Shown: positions 24,732-39,452, counted from the stretch's first letter. The stretch is DNA of 64,000 nucleotides from Paragordius varius (GCA_964247055.1 OZ176052.1:2170001-2234000), one strand, 5' to 3'. The notes: generated by a model not told the origin, from the letters alone. A program made the numbers and translations.

Positions 24732-27700
24732 AGGATATTGGCTATATTGATGTTATTTTTGAATTAGCTTATAAAAAAAATTTCTTTTTTAAATTAACGT
24801 TGTCCAGGGAAAAATGCTTAATTAAAACCGTTTGCTATAGCATAAATATATAGAATTTGAAACAATGTTATTACATAAAAACAATGAAATATTTTTCCCT
24901 CAAACTTTCAATATTTGGGGCTTATCTGCTAAAGTGCAGAGTTCATTTGATAGGTAAATATAAAAAGATGGTAAAATTTAGATAATAAGATTAAATTTTA
25001 ATAAAAAGCGATAATTTAAACCATATTCCTGTTATTTTATTCTACATAACCTTCACTTTACGCATTTTACGCTCTAGTTTTTATACATCTAAAATTTTTT
25101 GGGTTTTATAATAAAATTTTTCCAAAAATATTTTTTAAACAAAAAAATAATGACACTTTATACCTTAACTTGATAATCATCTTCGTCGAACAAACTAACG
25201 CACCCGGTTGTATTAATTTCAGCCCTTCTTCGGTCAATCCATAAATCAAAAGCTACTGGTGGATGGATATTATCCTCTAAATCTGAGCATGGTTTGTATC
25301 CTAAAAAACGACATATTTTTGGCAAAATTATATGAAATAAAGAGTGTAATTGTATATTTATAAAGGGTTGAAATGAAATATTTTTCAAAGGTATGTAACA
25401 AAATATTATATCCTATATATGCCTAATTTTTATCCTGACTTTTGCATGTAATATCATACAAAATGACAGATGAAAACAACAAAATCCCTGCAATATTTAA
25501 TCTCTTAAAAAAGTTTCGTAAATTTATAATTTTTAGGGCAGAGTTTAGCAGAAAAAATATAGCCTAGAATCCTGTATTAACCGCATATTATGATTAAAAT
25601 GTTAAATATAAAAATCAACTCTGTATAATAAACAATCCAAATATTTTAAAACATTTAATATAAAACTCAAATTTTTTTAAAATATCGGGTAAAAAAAGCA
25701 TATTGTTGCAAAAAAATTTCAAAATACAAAACAAAATAATTATAAATAGTTACCTATGGAAGCATCCACAGGTAAAGCATCTCCAATAAAATTTGGATAT
25801 TTCGTTAGCCGTTCTTCTGGGTGATGAATTGTGCAAGAACCTATAGAACATACCATATTTATCATGTTTTAAATAAAAAAATGAATATGTATTAAGCATT
25901 TTTTAGAGGTTTGTATTTAAAACCTTTTTAACTAATTCATTCAAACGCTATACGCATATTACAATAAATACTTTTGTGAAAGCTGATTTTAATTATTTTA
26001 TATTGCATTATGATAAAAAACAAAGATTTTGGCTAAAAAACCCCTAATTATATATTAAAAAGTTTAAAACTTTAAATATATTAAAACAAGTTTGTCATTG
26101 GACAAATTAAAGATGATATCCGTATTAAAAAACTTTTTATATAAAGTAACAATAACAATTATTAAACAAACACCAATTAATAATTATTTTCACACCTTTA
26201 AAATTATTAAAAATATAAACATGTCGTTTCATGTATTATATATAATCAAAGCTATTAAACTGTCGTAAAACTGTATTTTATGTATATGTTTCCAATTTCA
26301 CGTTTTAGTAACTGAAAATATGTTTTAATACTTTAGTAATATGCAAAATGACAAGCAAGTAACCTGTATTCGTCCCAGTAGTATTGGGTTGTGGATGTTC
26401 AGTAGCGCGCCTAATTTTAAATAATGGAATTTAGTGGTAGGCAAATTTTTTAACACACATGTCCATTATTTTTTTATAAGAATTTATAAATGTATAGTAG
26501 AAAGCATATATTATATGTATAAGAGATAAAATAGTATATCTGTTAAAGTTAAAACAGTTTAAGTAAAATATTTTTCAAGGCCAAACACCAAACTAAAAGC
26601 ATATTATAACAAAATCTTAAACTGTTAATGGAAACCAATTTTTGTTATTATTTCTTATTAATGGTTTGCCCAACAACAAATTCTAATCTATATCACCAAT
26701 CCAAAATGCTTAAATGCAAAATAGAAAAAAATCGATTAAACTCTATATGCTTTTAAACCGTTCATTTCACACACAGCTAGCATATAAATAATTGTAAAAA
26801 TTTTGTTCAAAGGCTTATTTCTTTTTTACTTATTTTCTCTGAGTTTCATGATTTGCAGTGCATGATCAATATCTCGAAACGTATCTATGCAATGAAACCA
26901 AGTTTGAGTCAATAGCTTCATACACGGGCCAGGGGTGCAATGATAATTTTCAGCATTGCTTATGAGTGATGGTGACCGTTTTTTAAGTGCGTTCAAGGGT
27001 ACAAAAGGCGACATTTGATTTTGATTAACGTTAAAATTATACATATTTAGTTGAGTAGTAGAATTTAAAGTTGAACCACCAAAATTTGTCGCAGACTCTG
27101 ATTTTGTCAACAAAGAAAAGTGTGGTGGTTGAGGTTTAAAAAATTTTGTTTGTCCAAATTTTTGGGGCGGTTGAACTGAAGAGCTAATACCAGTCCGATG
27201 GATATTAACAGTAGTTGATTGTAATGATGACGTGGGACTTAAAAATTGTTGAGTATTTTGATGATCAGTACTAATCTAATTAATGTACGAAACGGTTAAA
27301 AGATATAAAAGTAAATGTTTTTACAATTAATATAAATTAAACTACATTTCATTTTACTTTATATTTAGTTAGTTTTTTTGAATAACTTGTGAAAGTGAGA
27401 AAATTAGATTTTAATAAAATTATTTTATTTTCTTCACACTATTCACGACACGTATTTAAAAATCTTTGTTGGTAATACATTCAATTTCGTATTTCACAAT
27501 TTTATAATCATATAGGTTTTATGGAATAATTTATGATAATATATAATATCTAGCTAGCCATTAATTTACATGTTTTGCTTTATTTTGTCTTCTTTTTAAT
27601 TTAAATTTTTAGGGGTAAAATATAAAGACTTACGACTGATGGCTTCGGTGAAGGGGGAAGCGGTTCATTTTCAGGAATTGGCTCACAGAGAATATCAGTC

Positions 27701-30700
27701 CCAATTAAACCAACTAAAAAGGAATGTGTAATAATGCATTATAATAACACAAAATATTAACACTTCATTAACTTTTCACTTTTTTGGGCCTAGTATACCT
27801 TTTGGGGTAGTTTTATATCCCAGAGCTTGATTCTGTAAATAAACTACAGTTTTGAAAGTTGTACAGTAAAATTTGATTATCAAACATTGTTCTCATGTAT
27901 TAAATAGCTTATATATTTTACAGTTTTGTGACTTCTAGAGTCTAAAATAAGGACATCTCCAAAACACGATTGAAAAAAAGCTGATATTAAAATCAAAAAA
28001 TCAAGTTTTTGCTGGGAAAATGTAGCCTGAAAGCTTATTATAAAAAATTATTTACATTTTCTAACCATAATATAAATATGTTTGCATGTTGCATCAGCGA
28101 TTCAAAAAATTTATACAAAAAAGGTTGAGATGAGGATTTTTTACATTACATTTTTTTTTAATTTTTTTGTTTGATGCGCCTCCAATTTTTAAATAATTAA
28201 TATTTAAGTTATTATCGTTCCAAGTCCCATTAAAAGATTAAATTTATATATTATGTAATAATTTTTTTCTCAGAATCCCTGCATTAATTATCAGGATATA
28301 TATTAATTAATATTTTTGAACAAAAAATTTGCAGCCATTTTTATAAAAAAAAGGTTTCAGATGCGAATAATGACCCATATATTTTCCCAAAATAGGGAGG
28401 TCACTTGTACGTATATAATGAAATTTAACCTGTATTATTCAAGAGTGGATTTAACGATTGTGTTTGCTTTAATTTATATGCATTTTGTTGCTGGGTGGAA
28501 AGCATACATCTTGGTTGCGAATATGATTTAACATTCAGATCGCTCCTTACATTTTGTGGTGAAGAATCAGTATTAAGTGCATGGTCTGTGTCAATTAATA
28601 TAGTTTCATTTTTGGCTTGATTATTTTCTAATGTAGCGAAAAAAATATTGTGAAATACCATTCAAATTAACCCTTGAACAATTCGAATTGACCCTAAAAT
28701 AAATTAAGTATTAAATATATTGCCTACATTTTTTTTATTTTTTAACAAAATAAAATTTTATTTAAAAATAAAATAATACTAAAAAAATAATAATTTATGC
28801 CCTATAAAGATAAATTTCATATTAATGATGAGTTATATTAGCCCAAAAACAGATAATTTATTTTTACGGTTGAAATGTTTAAGGGTGAATATTGTAAATG
28901 GTGTATATAACTTTAGTAATAATACATTTTAATATAAATTTAATTTATAAAGATATTAAATGTAAAAACAATTGAATGCATTATTAACAAACTCTGTTGA
29001 CAATGATATAAAATTTATAAAGTAATGAGCCCAGTATATGTAGGTTGTAAAAAACTATGCCCATTTTGAAAAATGACCTGGTTAAAAAATAAAATTATGC
29101 AAAATAAATTAAATTTTTTTAGGCAAGCAACTCTCTAAGGAATGCATTACGATTTCGTTAAAATTTAAAATAACCAAAATTATTGGGATATCTCTATAAT
29201 TATTTAATGTCCAAAAATATTTTAAGATATTTCAAAGACGTGTAAAGAAATTCAAAACTGAAAATAACACAGTTAAGGAACTTCATGTAAAATTTTACTA
29301 AAATATAAAAAATAAATGATTGTAACTAAAAAATAGAAACCAGGTATGTCCATATCTTCATCACTTCCTACTCTAAAATTGGTGGCTAAATTATCTTTTT
29401 TGCGCAAAGGTTGAGAATCACTAAAATGAGTATTCATCTACATAAAATAAAATAATGACATGTAAAATTATATTTATACATTAAAAATAACTATAATAAA
29501 AAAGTAAAATACATTAATTTAAAGATTGGAACCGGAACAACCGTTTTAAAACCAGAAAACAGTCGCTTAAAAATCTGTCCCCAAAATTTGAATTATAGGT
29601 AGTATATTTCTTTACTTTATTATTAAAATTAATTATTTTTCCATATTTTTCTGTATAGAGAAAAGTTACATATATAAATTTTATAATATATATCGTTTTC
29701 AATTTATATTTTTAGGCCAGTTAAATATATTTTAAGGTGTTCAAAGTTTTTTCCATCAAAAAAGTTTACATTACCAAAAACCAAATCAATTTTTTACCCA
29801 AAATTTTCAAAAAAAAACAAAACTGAATTAAAATTTTAAACCATATCTTTTGCGGAACAGAATCCAAAAAAATATCAAATTTATTTAACAATACATTTCG
29901 TGGTGCAGTATCCGCACTTTGTTGAGTTTTATGATCTAACGCTTCAGTACTTTGTGATTGCATGGTATAAGACATGCCATCAGACACAATAGATTTTATG
30001 GTATTTGGATCAGGTGAGGGCGAACGATTAACCAAAGGTGCACCAAATGGTAAACTTTTATCACACGGAACAATATTATCAACACTCTGTAAACATAAAT
30101 CATATATATGTGAATATAGATTTTTGATGTTTAATCAATAAATTTTAATAACACAGATTGTATCCCTATAAAACCATCACAAGGATAGAATTATTGGGAA
30201 AAGGGAAAAAATTGTAATCATTAAAGCTAATTAATTTGACCATTTTAGATGAATGAATTCAATCATTATTCTATTTTGAAAATTTATCCAAACAAAATAA
30301 ATTGAGTCTTTATTATTTGTATATAATAAATTACAAGATTTTATTACAATACACACATTTTTAATTTAATTAAATGATTGATTTTAAATATTTTTAGGTA
30401 AAAAATTAGAAAGTCATGTGCGCAATAAAAAAATGATATATAAAATAATATGTAGCGTAAAAAGAATTTTTAATCAGAATATATGGTACAAATATACAAA
30501 ATAATGTTAGAAGCTAAAAGTAAGCTTGTATTTCCGGAAAATTCAATAATAAAATATATATATTATGAAAAAAACCTGTTTTGTATTATAGGATAAAATA
30601 TCATCACTCAAATTTATTGATGTATTTTTATTGGTATTATCAATTGTATCATTGAATTTGCTATCTTTTTGGTTGCTATTTGGTATTATTGCATACCAGC

Positions 30701-31188
30701 TAAAACGATACATATATGAAATCAAAAAGTTATTTAAACTAAAAAAGTTAATCAATTAAAAAAATTTAAGTGCAAGTTAATACCTAAGATTATCAATTTC
30801 ATTTGTCAATCTTTCACGTTCAATAACTATCGCAGATAAATTTTCACAATATTTTACGGAATGTAGAATTTTAGCAGGTAAAAGAAAAACCTTACATAAA
30901 GAAAAGTATTACTTCACCAGCCATTATGTGTACATCTTTTGACACTCCGGTAGAGTCTAAGCAACGCAAAACAAGTTCTCCACTAAAAACAAAATATAAC
31001 TCTTCCGCTTCTTGCATGTGAAAATAATTTCGTTCGTCACCATCACCAATATAATAAATTTTTATTTGACTATCATTTTTCCTAAACCATTACCCAAGCT
31101 AATACATGATGTTTTGTGTCGTGGCGCGATTTCTGTTTAAATCGACCCATTTTTCCAAATTTGTGACCACTAATTTTGAGATGCTCAT
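24109..31188 (-). CDS. HAAO: 3-hydroxyanthranilate 3,4-dioxygenase homologue (animal two-domain type) with a large internal insertion; about 13-14 exons
   Basis: Hand-spliced N-terminus MSISKLVVTNLEKWVDLNR...QIKIYYIGDGDERNYFHMQEAEELYFVFSGELVLRCLD...GE|VFLLPAKILHSVKY...VIERERLTNEIDNL parallels HAAO (VRAWVKENR, HIEEGEE, IFLLPARVPHSP, VVERRR). Downstream exons TQTWFHCID (about 26880), PVAFDLWIDRRR...SLF (about 25200) and VLVYGSG...IFVWQYKGS...DTLIVPRG (24227-24459) match the HAAO C-terminal half. The last exon and stop at 24109 are uncertain; an in-frame TAA at 24224 is the alternative. Confidence 0.85.
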
Positions 31189-31289
31189 GACAGGTGTTTC
31201 AATACTTTTTAAGGGTAAAACAACTGACAAAACAATAAAGTTTTTGCGCTAAACAAATAAATTTAACTATTATATCTGATCTTTATTAA

Positions 31290-31871
31290 CACTTGGATAC
31301 AACACACTCATTTTAGTCCTTGGATTCAAATTGGGGTAGTTGGATACCCCAGGCCTGTTTTAAATTAAATACTTTAAAAAGTATGGAAGGAATCAAAACC
31401 GTGGCAAAATTTTGCACTTATATAACATTAATAAACCGAAATATAAGAAAAAAATTTATTTAAAAATACTTGATATTACTTATTTTAAGCTAGAACCGAA
31501 AGGTAAAAATTTCGTCAAAGTGACATGTGTGAAATGGTAAAATTAAAAAATAATACGAAACAAACCGCTTTTTCTATCTTTATCAATGTTAGATGTAATT
31601 AAAATAAAAAATTAGCTATAATTCTACCCTTAAAATCAAATGAAGACGATATTTTGCAAAAATTCTGTAAAATAAAATGGCGTCGAAAGTAGTTTGACCT
31701 GAAACTTTTTTTACAAATCAAAATTTTATTAAGATATTTTGGCATATTTATAAATTTTTATCAGGATAGAAGCATAAATTTAAATTGGGACCGTTTCCTT
31801 CAGTAGTTTTTTAAAAATATTAATTTAAATTTAAGCTGGCGTATTTAGATACCCCAATTTGAATCGAAGTG
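31290..31871 (+). mobile_element. piggyBac-like MITE just upstream of HAAO
   Basis: TTAA at 31286-89 and 31872-75; collinear with 14715-15290 with moderate divergence. Confidence 0.85.
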
Positions 31872-33499
31872 TTAATAACTAAAAAAGTATAAAATTTTAC
31901 AATGGCACTAATAATACAAAATCTGAGTTGCTTTAACCAAAGTTTGGTATAAATTTTAGATAAAGTGTTTTGCACAGTAATTTTCTATTTAGTGTTTTAT
32001 TTGTACAAGCTAAGCATAATTAGCAGTAAGAGTACAAGCTTAACATTTTAAAGCCGCGATTACACAATTATTATCATGATTATATCAAATATAACATTGA
32101 AATGAAATATGTAGTATCAATCGTAAAGGATACATTTATCGGTAAATAGGTATTATTAGCATACTCATGCTAATAATACGTATTTTGGGGCCAAACTATG
32201 GTTTAATCTGTCATAATAACTGAAAAAACTTTGGAATTATCGGAATTTTTTATTTTCAACACTTTATTACCTTTTGGCCAAAAAGGTTATATTGTCATCT
32301 CGAAATTGTATTGGCGGGGAAATCCATCTATAAAAAGTTTGTTAATGATACAAGTCATTAGTTGTACACAACGTTTTAAGTACTCCCCAATTAGCCATGA
32401 CTATCAATTTTATTAATAAATTACATAATGACCAAAAAATTTCATACCAGAGGACCTGTCCTATCTTTTCTTCGTTTTGTTTTCTGATCAGAGCGATTTA
32501 ATTTTGATTATCTATGATATTGGGCTCACCACAACTCTATGATACTTATAATTCCATTAGTTTTATTTTTTTTGTAGCCTACATTTTGGGGGTACCCCAG
32601 AGCTCAAATTTGTATATTAAACTGTTATGAAAGTGACTCATTGTTTGTATTTGATAAAAAAGTTTTGATTTTTTATAATTAACTTTTAAAATCAGAAACA
32701 CTGATTCAATAAACAAATTTTGCAAATAAAATGTTCTGGAAATCCAAAAAAACATTTTTAAATCTTTGCCGTTAAATGTTTTTTCTACTTAAAATCTCTA
32801 AAAGAGTAGCATATTATGTTTATGATTTAGAAGTAATTAATTTATAACGCATTTATTTTTGGTAACTATTGATTTTAGTGTTTTTTGATTGGATTTTGGA
32901 GATTAAATTACAGAAGATACAAATTGTCGAAATTAAAATTTATTTAATATGGCTAAAATTTGTGTACTTTTATATTAAGCCCATGGATGAACATCCAAAA
33001 TTTAATTCAAATTAAAAGTAATGAGTTAAAACAATGTTTAAATATTGTAAATATAAAATTGATTTTTAGGATATGTTTTTTGGCTGTCACATTCAATTTT
33101 TATAATTGGGTTATTTACTATTTAATAAAAAATATAATAGTATGAGAATATTATTTGATTAGAAAAAATGAAGTACCGGAATGTTGCCGTTTTAAAATGG
33201 AAAACTAAATCAAAACTAGTAACAAACAATTGATTAGGAATCGGGAGAGGGACCTAAAAACAGTTGTACTGCCATAAAACATAAAATTTTCTGCCGTATA
33301 TCAGAAATTAAATAGTGTGGATTATGTATAGATTAATATAGAGATTTATATAAATGATTTTTTTTTGCATCTACGAATCAAAAATGCTAGATATACCAAT
33401 TTTTATTTATGACTGGATTATATCAATTGGTTTCGAATAAATTGACGAATTTAATATCTATGGTTTTATAAAATTTTAAGATAACAGCTAATTGATAAA

Positions 33500-36400
33500 T
33501 CATTTCTCATCTTCAGTATCAGTGGCAAATCTTGGGTCTAATTCAATGATTTTTAGTCTTTCTTCAGACAAACATGCATAACAAGTTTGCTATTTATTTA
33601 AAATAATATAAAAGAATGAATATAGAAACCAAATTTTTTAATTTAGCCATAATACTGCGAAATATACTTTAAGATCCTGCCAACACTCCTTACAATAACC
33701 GAATGAACATCCCTTATTCCGAGGACAAGGTATAAAATTTTGTGTTTTGGGATTTTCCAGCTCTTGGCACAGAAGACATCGCTTTCTACCGGCTTTCATG
33801 TATTTCACAAAGAAAAAGAAAGTTGGAAAATATCTTCGTAGCGATACCAAAATACCCGTTTTTTGCTAATTAATTTTAGACATATTTATAATTAAAAAAG
33901 TTTGGGACATAAATTGTGACTTATAACATTTTCATGATTTTTTTGGAATTAATTGATATAGAAACCATATATACTAGGTTTCATCGATCAGTATTTATAA
34001 TTAAAAGTTTTGATATAAATCACATCAATTTATAAAAATATTTCATCCTTAAATATAAAACGCATAATATGTAATAATACTTGTAGTTTTTTCATTTTAG
34101 CCTCTGCTATAATTTTTTGTTTTAGATAAAGAAATTGGGTTCGTTTTTTGCGCAAAAGATCATTGTAGAGAAATAGTATCCGTTGTTTTTCGCGCTATTT
34201 ATAAAACACATAATAGAAAATGTTACACAAATTACATACTATACAGAGCCATTATAAAAATTTAATTAATGAAAAAAAATCTTATTAACAAGCAGTTGAA
34301 ATTTATACTTTCGGATAAAAATACGAGCATATTAGTCTCCGAGATCTTAATGCATAAGCCTGAACATATAACATTGATAGGGCACCCACGTTTATAAGTA
34401 TAAGATTAACGATGAATCTAGTTGCTAACTTACGAGGACTTGGTAAGCATTCTTATAAATTTATAAATGATAAATATTACATTAAATATATTAGATAAAA
34501 AATAAAATTATATAGACAAAAGGTAAAAACTATTAGAAAAATATTTTTTTAATATACAGCCATAATTTTTAAATATGAATTTCAAACAAAACAGGGTCGC
34601 AAAAATAGGGAATAGAAGTTAAGTGTTTTTACTCTTAATTATATATTATAAAACTGTAATTAATTAATGTAGGAAAGATGAAAGTTTGATAAAGTATCGT
34701 TGTGTAACACAAATATTTGTCTTTTAGGTTTACATTTTGCCTCTATAATTTTAATTTTTTGTGTATTTTATACTTCATATAATTGGGTATGTTGTTAAAT
34801 AGGGAATTTAATTATAGAAATTTAATATCAATAGGGTAGGTAACGGTAACCTTCATTAGATGTCACATTGTCCAAATGGTGATCTGCCTTAAACCCACGA
34901 AAAAGTTTGCGAAAGATATGTGCCACAACACTATTCCCATACACATGAAACAGAATTTTATGAGTACCTATATTGGATATTGGTATTAAAAATTTTTTCA
35001 TTAATAAAAATAAATAGCGATAAGCATTCCAACCTTTTTGAGCCACATCTAATTTGCTATGATGTTTCACGATGCCCAAAATTTCGTAAAACAGTCGATC
35101 AAGGAATATGACCAACAAAGCCGTAATGAAATCTAAAATAATTTTTATCGATGCAGATGTGACATTTTTTTGTTCGCATTTAGCTATTTTAGGGCTCCAA
35201 ACCCAAACCAGATCGGCGAATTGAAAGGCTTTGCGGGACACCATGATATCAAAATGAGATTTGCCTTGTTTTTTACGTCTCTCATCGATTTTGACAAAGT
35301 ATGAGGTAATGTAGCAATTGTCATAATAAAAATCATGAATGTATCCCCTGGAGTAATCAAATGCCCTTGATATATAAATTGTTATGAAATATTTTATATA
35401 AATGAAACGAATACAAAAAATTGTATGGTTCAAGCGGGTTTACAATAAGCTGATAGCCTTTTTTTGCGTTTATAATGCTTATTTATAATATAAAACTTGC
35501 ATGATATATATAATTAAAATTGCAATTACCCTTTAATTATAATTAATACAAGGAGGGCCATTAATCGTTGCACGATAGATACTATGAATTCAAACCAAAG
35601 TTGACGGAGTCGAAATTCATGTTCAATCTGTTTGGATACATCTTCGGCTGTTTTTAAGTCTAGTGGTTCCGTTTCTGAGGCTAACTAAATTATTTTAATA
35701 TTTTGAAATCATATTTCTATTCAAGAAATATCAATAAAAGTAAATTGCATTATATGTCTTAACTAGGGTATTCTTTAATTTAGTTTTGGATTTTCCTATT
35801 TTTTAGAAGCTATAACTTATAAAAATGGCATAAGAATGGCTATGCTTTAGGTTTAAAATATTACATCGACATATTGGATTGACAATGCAGGAGATATTGC
35901 GGTATAAATAATATTATGAAATCTTAAACAGCAAAAAATTGCTCATAAAATTAGCAAAGGTTATTCTATGATTATTTTTTGAAATTAGTCTTTAATTAAA
36001 GAAATCCATATTTCTATTATTCTGATCTATAAAAAGAGTATGTAATTGATTAATAAATAATGATTATTAGTATAATTATACCAACATTTATATCAGAAAA
36101 ATTAATCGGTAATAAAATTAATGATTAAACAACTCTAACAACTTTAAGTTTAAGCCGATAAAAGAAGAGCAATTTTAAAGCTTAATTATCAACAATCCCA
36201 ATACTATTACAATATTGCGTTCAACATAGAAAATAAGCCATCAAGTGGTCTAATTCAGGTGTCGGTTAAGGAATTTTTTATAAAGAGGTTCTAAAATCAA
36301 TTTTGGTAACATTTGTTTAAGTGGCTAACCGTAATCTTTGGTAGACGATACTAAATACTATCTTAATTTTAATTTTTAAGAACCATAGCATACTTGGAAT

Positions 36401-38949
36401 TTCATATCAACATCAAAATTTTTGTCGAAATCTCGGGCAGTTTTTTCGGCTTCAACGAAACCTTCACCAAAACCCGGACCTACTGCGTCTTCTGATCCAT
36501 CGCAACTCTCGCTTTTATTGGACGTTGAAGGCATTACTTAAAATAAATGTAATACAAAGTTTGTAATTTAAAATTGATACGTTTATCTTAAAATCAATGG
36601 TTTGAACCCTAAGGAAAAAAATGGACGGCTTTTCAATTATAAAACCTTATGCTAATATACGCTTTCCAAAAATATCAATAATAAATATAACTCTAGTTTA
36701 AATGGATCAAAATTACAAAAAAAACTGGGTTAATAGTAAAATAAAACCGTCTGCATGTCAAATAAATTAAAGTTATATATATCTAGAAAATTTAATTTTA
36801 TTATGCACTTATAATCGAGCAAACAAAATGAATACTTAAAAAATTTACGTACATTTTAGCATGTTACATATTTTCCGAACGCGAAATGCAAGACATATGA
36901 CCGATGTTACGCCTAAGACTCCAATCTTTTTAAAACAATCCTTTTCCATATTCTTGAAAGCTTGGGTGCACTTTTCAGCGGCCAAGTTAAATATATCTGC
37001 AACATATAAAGTATAATTTGTCCAATAATATCAATAAGCCGTAATAAAAATATTTATAAACTTCTACACAAATTCTATAAAATGCTGAAATATGTATAAA
37101 TATATTTGTAAAATTCATCACAAAATTAATTCCGTTAAATTTTAGAACCAAAAACAATAAACAACTCCTTAACCGTTCCCTAAATTTACCGCAAAAATAT
37201 TTTTTTATTTTCTTACAATTATAAACATTTGTATTATAAATTTTGCATGCTATATAATTTTTATGAAGGATATTTTTACACGAAAGTAGCTTATTTTTGT
37301 GGCTGTGTATTCACAATTTATAATAATCAGGCTATCTGGATTTTAATAGATTAAACCAAAATAATAACCAATCTAACTAAAAACAATGAAAAACCGCAAT
37401 TTTATTATTAGATATATTGAAAATCGAAATCATACAATTATTGGTAGTCATTAGTTAAAAACTATTACCGTTGCATCGAAATGCCTGTTTCTTAGCATAT
37501 ATATTTTCCACGAAAGAGCCTTTGTGACCCGTTTTAGTTGCCAATTTTGTTTGTTTTTCTTTATATCGCTGTTCAATGATTGCTGCTCGACCCCAACCTT
37601 CAAGTTTATCGTCCATTTCGTTTGTCCTATTTTCGGCTTCTTGAGTCTCTTTTTCATTTTCAACCTTGGTGTTATTACAATAAAAATTAAAATTATAAAG
37701 ACAAAACTAGACTAAAAGACAAATATTTTTTTGAAAATGCAACCATGCTTTTTAATCATTTACATTAGCTTTAAAAAACTATATGATTACAATCGTTAAA
37801 TATGTAATAGATTGTGTAGCCAATTTACATCTCTATTTCATACTCGGCAGTTAAACATGAGTTACATAAAATACAGCGGTCTTTTGTAAAAGTTTGTCTT
37901 TATTTTTACATTTTGTCAATATAATTTTTAGCTTGGTGTTAAAATAGATAATTTTAATAATAAAAAATGGTAAACTTCATTGCCAACCAAACTAAAATTT
38001 TTCTTAATTTCTTGTGACATGGATTTTATATTTGGGGCTTGCATCATTATATCAGTCAGGACATTTTTAATAGGCTTATACTTCATCTCCATAATCTGTT
38101 TCGTAATGTTATAACCGGCTGAAACGGAACAACTCAGCGCCCTTATGGATTCTTTAGCATTGATAACTATATTAGCTACTGGGCCTAAATTAGAAGAGTA
38201 TTACAGTAAAAAAAATGTAAGAAACATAAATACAAATATTTTTTTAAAACACGGTAATAATACTTTTTTAAACCCTGATTTTTACCAATTATACTATTTA
38301 ATTACAATTTTGAAAATTTTATTAATTAGTTTAACAATTTACATATCTGCTCACTATTTTGCATACCTGATATAATCATTCCAATTATAAGGGCACTTAT
38401 AATACTGCGTCCAGATTTACTGAACAAGACTGGGAGAATTAAAATGGCCATACAACGAACTTGTAGGGACAGGCCATATCCAAAGGCTAAAATTAGACAT
38501 AGTATGAGGGTGACATGGAATTTCGTTTTTTCCTCCATTTTCAAATTTTGTATGATCAAATAATGTATACCTAAATTAATTAACTAGATTAGCATTTAAA
38601 AAAATTTAGGCAAAAAATAAATATAATCTTATAGTATAGAAAAATTCAAGGAAGGCGTTGTTGGGGTATATATTTGTTAACATGCTTTTTGTCTATTTTT
38701 TGTCCAGTTTGCACAAGAATGCCAAAAATTTCCATTTTACGGTTTAAAAGAGTTATTTGTGTTTTTAATATCATCTTTAATTTTAACACCAAAAAATAAA
38801 ACAAAATGTATAAATTTATTACCGATGCCCATTGCGAATCCAATCGGAAAGCCACATATGAATTTAATTAAGCGATATTGTTTATGACCACTGTTCCATA
38901 CCTTACAACAAAATATGCAAGGAGCACAAAAACACTTTGAAATTTTCAT
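33500..38949 (-). CDS. DCST1: DC-STAMP domain-containing protein, DCST1/sneaky/SPE-49 type (sperm-egg fusion factor), about 11-12 exons
   Basis: Exons give VRCMAILILP..GRS, GPVANIVINAKE..RALSC, YAKKQAFRC, YDNCYITSYFVKIDERRKKQGK, CLPSPRKL, AYALRSRRLICSYFYPK|REKQRILFLYN, and a C-terminal 8-Cys RING-like CLLC..CPRNKGC..YCKECWQDLK|QTCYAC ending EDEK-TGA at 33500. DCST1 rather than DCST2 rests on the CW.DL motif. Two junctions are unresolved. Confidence 0.88.
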
Positions 38950-39171
38950 TATGTATTAACTAAACATAGTATTGTTTAATCAACAATCGTTTTTACAATG
39001 TTCTAATCATAGTTATTTTAACTTGTTTGTAGTAAGTTATTTAACAAATCATAAATATATTCAACAAAACATTTTAAATTATGAAAAATCGATAAATTCG
39101 CAGTAAAAGGGATATTCAGCTCATGTATGGGACAATAAAGTACTAATACAAGGTAATTATATCGTTTATAG

Positions 39172-39452
39172 CAGCGGTGTTCAACATAAGGACGCTCGGG
39201 CCGCATGCAGCCCTCCAAATTATTCCTGCGGCTTACGAGATATTTCAATTACAAAATTTTACGAAATCTAAGCAAGAATATTTTGTTTAACAAACTTTCT
39301 GAATTAATTTTTCCAAATTATTTAATGAAATAACAAAAAATGATTAATAAATGGTAGTTTTACAGTTTTGTATTTAAAATCTAATAAAATATTTACTAAT
39401 GCCCATTCATTTGCAACTGCGGCTTGTTTACGAATTGTGTTGAACACTGATG
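39172..39452 (+). mobile_element. hAT-family MITE, 281 bp
   Basis: CAGCGGTGTTCAAC and GTTGAACACTGATG (14-bp TIR, 2 mismatches). Perfect 8-bp TSD GTTTATAG at 39164-71 and 39453-60. Subterminal GGGCCGCATGCAGCCC. Confidence 0.9.
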
